The notes below the pieces were generated by a model. It was not told the DNA's origin. It saw nothing but the letters and a program-made list of their open reading frames with translations, and ran no database searches. Both the position numbers and the translations under genes were made by a program. Of a stretch of 20,000 nt of DNA, positions 10,914 through 20,000 are shown piece after piece. Every line of letters starts with the position of its first letter. Position 1 is the first letter of the stretch. Origin of the DNA: Paramecium tetraurelia. Its lineage: Eukaryota. The stretch covers positions 240,902 to 260,901 of the forward strand of contig CT868026.1 in NCBI GenBank assembly GCA_000165425.1. The letters are read 5' to 3'.

Positions 10914-13900
10914 ATGAGCACATTTTTTCTGATTCTTATTGCATCAGTAAGAGGGGAATGGTAAGTCTACTATAATGGTTTTCATTAATCGAACTATCTT
11001 AATTGCGCTTCTAATACTTGCCCCTATTCATTCAAATTTAGTCAGACATAAACTAGCGCTCTGTTTTCAAATTGTACAAATCCTATAGGAACAGCATTAA
11101 TTTTAAAATCCTCCTAAATGATGGCTAGTATAAGCGAATAACTCAACACTTTGAAAGCAAACGCCATAAACCACATTTTAAATTTAGATGTATACTTTCT
11201 TACTTAGTGGAATGGAGATTACTTGAAAATAGCGTATAAAACTTAGAACTACTAGTTTTAATTTACCACACAGAATCCTTTATAATTTAGTTTAGGAGGC
11301 TGTAATTCAAGTTAACATGAAGTAAAGACAATTCAAATAGCATTATCAGAATTCACATCTATGAATGATTTAAAATTTAGTATCGTTAATGAATCAAACT
11401 TGGCTTTAATTAAAAATGTTCATTTATCTTATTATTTATGTCATCCTACTTGTAGAAATTGTACAGGAGATAATTATAATTAATGCACATCATGCTTTCC
11501 AGGCGTTAGCTTAGTTGATGGTATATGTCGATGTCCCATCAGAACTATTTTAACTGGTGGGCCACCATCAGATTATAGATGTTTGAGCTTTTGTTTGTAA
11601 ACATAGACAGATAGAAGAGAGAGATATTGCAAAGCTTATGAAACATAAAATCTACTTTGGCTTTCGCTTACAACCTACAGCTACGCATAACTAATTTAGT
11701 GGAATATAATTTATGATCCTGCAAATTTAAGCAAAAATAGTAAAAAGTTGGGATAATTTTTTGGAGTTTTCAAAAATAATGAAGGAGCTTATGTGACAAT
11801 TAATACAACTTAATTTTTATATCCCATGAGCTTATAACTTTAAGTTTTATTTTGTAATGCCACTCCAATCAACTCTGGAATTTCGATTTATATAAATTAA
11901 ACATATTATTCTTCATTTTATTATAATGGAGCCAATTTTGAAGGAGACAATATGTATATTTTTGGTTTTAGCGGAGCAACATATACCGGATGTTAAAAAG
12001 CTACAAAGTATATTTTGTAAACAAATCTCTATGTAGAACAAGGAAATTTTAATTTTTCAATTAAAGGAAATTTTACGTAATGATATTATTAAATATAGAA
12101 ATTCTAATTCTGGATGGTACATTATTTATTGTTTCATTACAAGCGCTTAATGTCCTGCATTTTGTTTAAAGTGTGAAAAAGAATATGAATGTTCTATTTG
12201 CCAAAATGGCTATAAAAAAGTCTCTGATGGAAAATGTGTCTTAAGTTGCCCTAAAGATTCATTATTTTTAAATAATGTTTGCATTAAATATGATTAAACC
12301 ACTAAATGTATATCACTTAGTATATTTTTAGATTCATAATACTATATGAGACTCTTCATTGATTTTACAGTTCCTTACAATATACATGAAACCTTTATTT
12401 TGGAGTCCTCAACTAGCAAAGATCTTTAAAAAGGAGAATTAGTATATTGGTCATACATATCTTCAAAAGCAGTATTCGGAGGGTAATATGTTTGGGCAAC
12501 GGCAAAATTTTCTTAAGTATATACGATAGATAAGCCACATCATTCTTTAACAATTTATTTTGATGCAATTTTTGGATGTAATTTTTAGAGCAGTGGAGGT
12601 TATTTAAAATACTCATTTAATAATATAGTATCTTAAGTGAATTCGAATTAGACAGTAACAATAACAATTTCATAATATTCCCCTACATTATCAATATCTT
12701 TTGAGTGTTTTGGATAAAATAATAATGTGAAGGATAAGTATTGTGCCTTTTCTGATTATTAAATTGTTGTCCATTATTGTAGTCCATTTTGTTTATAATG
12801 TTCAGATGAAAATACATGCACTTAAATGGATACTTTTGATAATTAAGTAATTAAATTAGACCCATCTCAGTGTGGTCCTTAATAATATCTCGATTATTAA
12901 TATTTTAAATGTGAGAGTTGCCCTTAAGAATGCGAAGCTTGTTTTAATGAATATGAATGCTCTTAGTGCATTTATCCATATAAACTATATATTACCAAAT
13001 GTATATTAATGTGTTTGACAAATTAATTTTTCAATATCCAAACATAATTATGTGAAGGTAAAACAATATAAAATTTTAGACTGCAGTTTTAGATGTAAAT
13101 AATGTAGAAATTAAAGAGATTTATGTATCCATTGTGAAGAATGGCATTACCGTTATTTGTATCTAAATTAATGCATATGTTATGATGGATATTATGATGA
13201 TAACCATGGGGGTAAATGTTAAGTTTGCAATAAATTATGTAAAAAATGTTATGGATCATCTAATGATCATTGTACTTAATGTATTTAGCTAGATAAAGTT
13301 GAGAAAAAAGGTGATATTTGCGATTGCTAAGAAGGATATTATTTTGATGATTCTAGTTTTAAATGTAATTTGTGCCATGAAAAATGTTAGACTTGTTTTT
13401 CATCATTTGATAATTCATGCTTGAGTTGCAATCCAAACGAATACAGAAGGTTATAGGGACTAACATGCATTTGTTTATTAGGTTATTATGAAAATAATGA
13501 TTCTTGTCAAGTCTGCCCATCATCCGAAGATGCAAATATATCATAATGTTACAAAAAGTGTGGAAATCAGATAATTAAATGGCATAATTAATTGTGTGAT
13601 CAAATCACATGTTAGGCGGGTTTCTAGAATGTTGAAAATTAATGTACATCAATATGTGGAGACTTATTATTATCAGGTGATGAAGAATGTGAAGATGGAA
13701 ACTAAAAAATTAATGATGGGTGCACAAATTGTAAATTTTAGTGTCCAAAATAATGTTTGACCTGTAATCTTCTAACAGTTTTTCCTTGCTCAGATATATG
13801 TGGAGATGGTATCATAAGTGATCTTGAAGAATGTGATGATGGTAATAATATCTAATTTGATGGATGCTATCAATGCAAATTAGAATGTTAAACCTCTTGT

Positions 13901-16900
13901 ACAAGATGCATAAGAGGTTTGTGCTATGAATGTTTAACTTATGGTTGGATTATAAATATTGACACTTTATAATGTATAGAGAATTGTGGAGACTCTATTG
14001 TTATAGGATCAGAGGAATGTGATGATGGAAATAATCTGGACGAAAACGATAATTGTTATTAATGTAAGAGGCTATGTAGAAATGATTGCAAAACGTGCAG
14101 TCCAGATGGAAAAATTTGTTTAGATTGTTAAGTTATTGGATTCAAACCCTAAAGCTACTATTGTGTTAACACTTGTGGGGATGGGTACCTTGCAGTCGAT
14201 CCATATGGAAGAAATTCAGAAGAATGCGATGATTTTAATATAGTTGCTAATGATGGATGCAGCACAACTTGCAAATATTAATGTTAAACTACCATTTGTA
14301 AGGTTTGCCAAAATGGAAAATGTTTAGAATGTATAGATCATTATTACCTTAATACAAATAATAATAAATGTTTAGAAATTTGCAATGATAATGTTAAAGT
14401 TGGATATGAAAAGTGTGAAGATATGAATACTTTACTTTATGATGGCTGTTATAACTGTTAATTATCTTGTCAACCTAGTTGTTTAAATTGTCAAACTACT
14501 GGCTGTTTGCAATGTTAAGTAGGATTCAGATTGATTGAAAATAAATGCCAAAATATTTGTGGAGATGAATTAATTGTCTCTGGTGAAGATTGTGATGATG
14601 GTAATATAAGCCCTTATGATGGTTGTCATTTTTGTTAATTTCATTGCGGTTTTAATTGCTAAGTATGTTAATCAGGAAGATGTTTAGGTTGTTAATTAGG
14701 ATTTAAATTATTTAATGGAGTATGTGTAATTTAATAAAGTAAAAAAACTTTAATTACTCAGCAAGAATATCTTTTATAATAAAATTAGATGAGTTAATCT
14801 TATATATAATATTGTCACTATTAGATCAATGATATTTGTATCATCTGTGATGATTACTATTACTTAAATGCAAATAGGTCTAAATGTGAGAGTAAATGTG
14901 GAGATAATTACATTAATGATCTAGAGTAGTGTGAGCATAATTTAATAAAAAATGATATTATTTGTTCGAACTGCCAATTCTAATGTAAAGATAATTGTAT
15001 TGAATGCTTGTTCGGCTTGTGTCAAAATTGTGAATAGGATTATCTGCTGATTGAATAAACTAATGAATGCCTTCTAAAATCTAAGTGTGATCCTGAATAT
15101 GGTCTTTACTACAACATTTTAATTAATTAATGTTACGACATATGTGGGGATGGAGTAAAATCTATCTACGAAGAATGTGAAGACGATAATGTTGATCCAT
15201 ATGATGGTTGTTTTTAATGTAAATATTCTTGTAATCCTCTATGCCCATTATGTATAGCTGGAGTTTGTACAGATGATGGCACTGTTTGCCAGAAAGGTTA
15301 TTATTTTGATAAATCGATCGGATCTTGTTTTAGTGCTTGTGGTGATGAAATGAAAGCAACAGATGAAGAATGCGATTTGCTAAACACCAGAAAATGTTTA
15401 AATTGTAAATTAATCATCGACAAGAATTGCAAGACATTAGATGAAAATAATTAATGTCTGGTTTGTTAAGATGGTTTTGAATTATTGGATGAATTATGCG
15501 AACCAAAAACAACTAAAAAATGTGATATCCGAAACTGTATTGCTTGTGAAAATAATATTTGCATTCAATATCTAACCGATGCTACTAATAATACTAATAC
15601 TAATAATAATAATAACACTTTAGAAAATTTAAGCCAAGCTAAGTGTGGAGATGGGGATATCAATTAAAATGAATTATGTGATGATGGAAATTTAATTAAT
15701 GGGGATGGATGCGATTCAGACTGTTAACCTTCAAAAAATAGCCTTTGCTAATTAAATGAATGCATATAAATCTTTCATCCTGTTCCTTAATTAAAATTTG
15801 TTAAATAAATTGAGAATTGCTAAGTTCTAACCTTATTTTATGATTAAAAAGTTAAACTCTCTCCTGGCAGTACATTAGAATAATACTTAAACTCATTGTC
15901 AGGTTCAATTGTAAACACTAAGTTAAATGTTACAATTGAAGCAAAATCTAAACTCTCTTAAGATTTAGACTATTTTGAAATCTTAATAAAAATTTAGTAC
16001 TTAGAGAAAGTTGTTGATCCTGTCTTCTTTCTAATTTTTCAAAATCTAAGCATCATCATAAATGAATAAGAATTAGAATAAGAATGTTAGCAATTATCTT
16101 TATAACTAGCATCTCCTAATTTTTTATCAACTGAAGAATAATAAACTACTGTATCTCTCATTTAATTTAGTGAATATCAAATTTAAATTATAGTTGGATT
16201 AGTAATAATCTCATCTTTAAGTGGAAAATTTTAAATCATAGAAAATTAAATAGAAATGATGTAAATGCTATATTATTACAAATACATTAATATTGTTAAG
16301 GGATAAAATTTGATAAAATTTTTTGATACATTTAAAATTATTTAATTAGCAAACCTTTACAAATTCATTGGATTTTAACCCCAATCCTTTAGTATTTTCA
16401 ATGTAAGTTAGGAAAATTCACCGTCAATCTTTGAGGATGATGGAAGAACCTCAAATTTTTTGTGCACTTTTTTAGAAATATTATCTATCTTTTTCGTAGC
16501 ATATTTCAGCCATTTATTCTCTTAAATAATAATAAGATGAATCATAATGTATATTGCATATTTTAACACTGAAACATCAAATCTGTATTAATTAAGATTA
16601 GCGAGGAAATTGGCAAGGGTTTGCAAAAGGGATTATGGAAATCAATTTAGAGTACAATTTAGAGTTATATTCTGATCTCTCATATATGAGTATGTGATAA
16701 ATACGATGCTATCACTTCAATATTAAGATAACTATGATATAGAAGGGACGATAAGTTTGACCCTAAAGATTATTTTATTCATATTGGTGATTTTCTATTT
16801 AGTCAATATATAGGATTGGAGATTTAGTGAATTTTATTATGCTTATAGTTGTATGTGAGAGATAATGTTTAGTTTAATGTTAGTGGGATGTTTCGGGTGT

Positions 16901-18003
16901 CCAATCATTTAGATATAGCTTTGTGCTGTTGATGTTCTATTTGGTTTTTCCTTTCTTTTTCTGAGTAGGGATGGATGTGGGGGGGGGGAGGGCTTCGAGA
17001 AATAGTTTTAGCGTTTGATTGTTGTCTTCTTGTGTCTGTTTTTTTTGTTTCATGAGTTTTTTGGGGGGCGTCCGCGGTCTTTGTGTCTCTTGTTTGGCTC
17101 TGAGTTGGGATTCTGTGTTGTGATTTGGGCTTCACTCTGATNNNNNNNNNNNNNNNNNNNNNNNNNNNNNNNNNNNNNNNNNNNNNNNNNNNNNNNNNNN
17201 NNNNNNNNNNNNNNNNNNNNNNNNNNNNNNNNNNNNNNNNNNNNNNNNNNNNNNNNNNNNNNNNNNNNNNNNNNNNNNNNNNNNNNNNNNNATTGTTGAA
17301 GAAATTAGCAAAAATTTGCAAAAAAAATTATGGAAATGAATTTAAAGAATAATTTAAAGTTATATTCTAATCTCTCATATATGAATATGTGATAAATACG
17401 ATGCTATCACTTCAATATTAAAATAACTATAATATAGAAGGAACGATAAGTTTGACCCTAAAGATTATTTTATTCATATTAATAATTTTCTATTTAGTCA
17501 ATATATAGAATTAAAGATTTAGTGAATTTTATTATACTTATAGTTGTATGTAAAAGATAATATTTAGTATAATATTAGTAGGATGTTTCGAGTGTCCAAT
17601 CATTTAGATATAGCTTTGTGCTGTTAATGAACTATTTTATTTTTCCTTTCTTTTTCTGAAAAGAAATAAATTAGAAAAATTGGAGGGCTTCAAGAAATAG
17701 TTTAAGCATATAATTTTTGTCTTCATGAATCTGATTTATTTGATTCATGAGTTTTATAAAAAACGTCCGCAGAACTTAGTGACTCTTGGATGGATCTAAG
17801 TTGGAATTATGAGTTGTAATTTAAGCTTCACTCTGATATTAGATATATACGTATTATTAAAGCCAATTTTTTTTTAAATTGGACAAGCTTGCCTTCAAAA
17901 ATATTTGATGTAGAAAACCAAAAGATTTGCAAATCATCAAATTTTCGATTAAGGGGATTCTAATATCAAACAATCAGCAATCCATAGAGTGCTATATAAA
18001 TGA
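10914..18003 (+). CDS. Large Cys-rich multi-pass surface protein with furin-like repeats and ~10 Myxococcus-type Cys-rich (DUF4215-like) repeats; exons 10914-12076, 12099-12307, 12332-13057, 13080-~16597, continuing at 17293-18003 once the gap duplication is collapsed (~2108 aa)
   Basis: Code-6 translation: signal-like MSTFFLILIASVRG|EWQVYY; CHPTCRNCTGDNYNQCTSC; VFGGQYVWATAKF; repeated CGD-x-ECDDGN-x-DGC; C-terminal hydrophobic segments (IIVGLVIISSLS, FLEILSIFFVAYF, LTLKIILFILIIFYLV, IIFSIILVGCF, LVTLGWIQVGIMSCNLSFTLILDIYVLL); TGA 18001-18003. One in-frame TGA at 16538 lies in the low-quality stretch before the gap. Confidence 0.88.
12077..12098 (+). other. 22-nt spliceosomal intron (gene 3, intron 1)
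   Basis: GTAATGATATTATTAAATATAG; removal gives ..KGNFTNSNSGWY.. and restores the frame. Confidence 0.9.
12308..12331 (+). other. 24-nt putative intron (gene 3, intron 2; 3n, stop-free)
   Basis: GTATATCACTTAGTATATTTTTAG, phase 1, canonical ends; spliced ..DQTTKYSQYY.., retained ..TTKCISLSIFLDSQYY.. Confidence 0.7.
13058..13079 (+). other. 22-nt spliceosomal intron (gene 3, intron 3)
   Basis: GTAAAACAATATAAAATTTTAG; removal gives ..QLCEDCSFRCKQC.. and restores the frame. Confidence 0.92.
13655..15725 (+). repeat. Protein-level tandem array of ~10 Cys-rich CGD..E.C(D/E)DGN..DGC repeats (Myxococcus cysteine-rich repeat / DUF4215-like)
   Basis: Units begin near 13655, 13799, 13985, 14174, 14381, 14558, 14897, 15143, 15338 and 15644, e.g. 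CGDGIISDLEECDDGNNIQFDGC, CGDELIVSGEDCDDGNISPYDGC, CGDGDINQNELCDDGNLINGDGC. Confidence 0.85.
15584..15618 (+). repeat. In-frame (ACT/AAT)n microsatellite encoding TNNTNTNNNNNT
   Basis: actaataatactaatactaataataataataacact read directly from the sequence. Confidence 0.85.
16597..17141 (+). repeat. Degraded left copy of a ~545-bp direct duplication (matches 17292-17837); probably an uncollapsed, low-quality contig end
   Basis: Colinear with 17292-17837 at offset ~695, e.g. GTGATAAATACGATGCTATCACTTCAATATTAA and TTCACTCTGAT shared; mismatches are mostly A->G/T and increase toward the N gap. Confidence 0.92.
17142..17291. other. Assembly gap, 150 N
   Basis: Run of exactly 150 n characters; the round size suggests a placeholder. 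Confidence 0.99.
17292..17837 (+). repeat. Intact right copy of the duplication (open coding frame of the gene 3 TM region)
   Basis: Open in code 6 from 17293 (LLKKLAKICKKNYGNEFKEQFKVIFQSLIYEYV..) through to TGA 18001. Confidence 0.92.
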
Positions 18004-20000
18004 GACATATATTTCTGCTAAATTAGAGGATTCATATTAGATAGAACTGAATTTATATTTGATCATTATTTTAAATATGAAAACTTGCTATTTTTAATAT
18101 TAGAACACAATTGCTCCATGTTTTTTAGCCTATAAATATTCAAACTGTAATTTAGTAGAGCATTTTCTTTACAATACCTTTGCCACCCTGATCAAAATTA
18201 TGTGAATTGGAAAACCTCAAAAAAACAAATATGAACAAGTATCTTGTAGAACCAAGTATTCATGTGTATACGATCTTGTTATCAGCAGACGAGATTATGG
18301 TGAAAGTATTTAGAGTTTCTTGATTTTCAAGCTCTCCTTAGACTTTGATGGGCACATGATACATGTTAAAGTTAATCTATAACTGGTATCAAATTCATCC
18401 CTATGTCAATTATTTTTTCAGCTTGATTTCTGAAATAATTGCAAAACATCTATCTTTAAATCATACAAATCTGATGTACTTCAGATGAATGGTGTCAAAT
18501 TATGTCCAAACAGCAACTCTACCTCATCAGCACCTTTCTTTACTATAACAATGATTAATTTAATTTGAAGAGTATATCAGAAACGCTGTCAGTTAGGCAT
18601 TTGTGCTGGTGGCTATTCTGAAACACATTGATTATCATCTCATAAACCTCTACCTATTTTTAGGTCTTTTATCTGGGTTTGCAACTTTGCGATAATCGGA
18701 TCAATTGATTGAGAGCTTCCAATTTAAGGAGGAAATATTTGGAATGTAGAAGTTCTGTTAATTTTACACATCAGCAAATTCGAATAATTTGATAAAGTGA
18801 CTGATTATCATAATAGGTGTACTGTAACCCTTATCAGGATTTGTGAGCGAATCTTAATTAGGGGAACTTATTCTTATTATTCTAGTTTAATTGACAAGTT
18901 TGTTTAAATTGACAAGTTCATATGATGCGGCCTTCTTGTTTTAAGCTAACCTGCTTAATCTACTTCTTATTAGTATCATTTTTTAAATTCAATTTACAGC
19001 CTAGACCTTAGAGTTTCACTTATCTTTATTTGATCTAGGGCAATATTTATTTATAACAACATATTAAATTACCATCTTCAGTCTATTTAACATACAGAAT
19101 TGAGCCTTAATTTTTACAAAGATTATAAATTCTAGAGAGAGATGTGTAAAGTTCTTTGGATTATTTGGAGAATAATAGTTTTTTACACTCTTGTATAGCA
19201 TTCGTGATGCACTTATTAATTATTATTTTGAAATTAATGAATTTTATACAAAAGAAGCAGGATTATAGCTAGCTTCATAATTAATATCTGTTTGTTGGTC
19301 TAATATCAAGAGGATCTTAGTATTAGTTAAGAGCTTTAGGATTCATTGAAATAAATCTTCTTATTAAATATCAAGGATATGAATATTGGTTTTTAATCAG
19401 AAAATTTATAAAATGCATTTAAAATGTTCATTGACACATTTTATATTTTGATAATTAAAAAGTTTCCAATATTGCATTTCATTCCGATTTAATGGTTGAG
19501 TCAGATGTGTATTCATGAAAAGGAGTGAGAATCTTTTGAAAATAAACTTATTATGTTGATATCACTACTAGAAAACTTAAACCGGTATAATAGTTTCAAC
19601 TAAAGAAAGTATATATGTAAAAGGCAATTTTTTGTAGCATTCCATATATCTACTGATTAAAAAATTTAGACTGATAGCTAGAAAATGATAAAGAAAGAGC
19701 AAAAAATTTTCACATTGTTACCATATAAGATTGGCAAGGAAAAGGTTTAACAAACTAGAATACTACTTTCCAGATTTGTAATCAACTGATGTTGAAAATG
19801 ATTAACATGAATTTCCTAAGTTTTAAACAAAGCCTTCACAGCAGTCTCTATATTGACTTGCTGTAGAATATCACCAAATATGAGAAGGTTAGGAATTTGA
19901 GACTAATCCTTTAGTTTGCTATCTTAAACAAGCCTAAAATTATATTCAAAGATTAACTATTTATATAATTCTGAGAAAATAACCTTAGGTGAAGCAATCT

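Noticed and set aside
4208..13544. Supplied short ORFs (4208-4417, 4956-5240, 5603-5803, 6368-6550, 6653-6841, 8009-8221, 12413-12616, 13359-13544)
   Set aside because: Computed with the standard code. They are antisense or off-frame shadows of the real code-6 genes, or unsupported AT-rich ORFs.
13655..15725. CRISPR-like array or bacterial horizontal transfer suggested by regularly spaced 'Myxococcus' repeats
   Set aside because: The repeats are conserved only at protein level inside a code-6, intron-containing gene; such repeats are common in ciliate surface proteins.
16968..16993. G-rich tract (GGGATGGATGTGGGGGGGGGGAGGG) as G-quadruplex or telomere seed
   Set aside because: It corresponds to A-rich coding sequence in the intact right copy and is part of the degraded read end; it is not a G3T3/G4T2 telomeric repeat.
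15485..17352. Supplied ORFs 15485-15667, 17125-17352 and 16905-17321 as independent genes
   Set aside because: 15485-15667 and the post-gap part of 17125-17352 are in-frame fragments of gene 3. 16905-17321 is the antisense of degraded sequence plus Ns.
18885..18918. Tandem TTTAA(A)TTGACAAGTT x2 containing TTGACA (bacterial -35-like)
   Set aside because: Eukaryotic context; a simple short tandem duplication with no array or promoter support.
1..20000. Retained IESs, transposase/RT genes, tRNA/rRNA, telomeric repeats
   Set aside because: None recognisable by eye. The frame breaks in the two large genes are explained by GT..AG introns or the gap, not by TA-bounded insertions.

Overview
AT-rich eukaryotic DNA with the hallmarks of a ciliate macronuclear genome, almost certainly Paramecium. 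TAA/TAG read as Gln (code 6, TGA the only stop) and introns are 22-26 nt GTA...TAG, so the supplied standard-code ORF track is nearly all noise. Read in code 6 the window holds: (1) a giant secreted/surface Cys-rich protein gene on the minus strand (ATG 7085, running off the left edge, >2300 aa; two LamG/ConA-like modules, furin-like Cys repeats, beta-helix-like region); (2) a WD40-type gene (8512-9594, minus) broken by two opposite frameshifts; (3) a ~2100-aa Cys-rich surface protein on the plus strand (10914-18003) with about ten CGD..ECDDGN..DGC repeats and a multi-TM C-terminus, interrupted by a 150-N gap; (4) ~2 kb of unassigned, possibly decayed sequence at the right end. The gap is flanked by a ~545-bp duplication whose left copy differs from the right mostly at adenines. 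This resembles A-specific hypermutation but is most likely a degraded read end. I found no convincing novel system. The most interesting real signals are two stop-free 24-nt (3n) introns and the receptor-like domain architectures.
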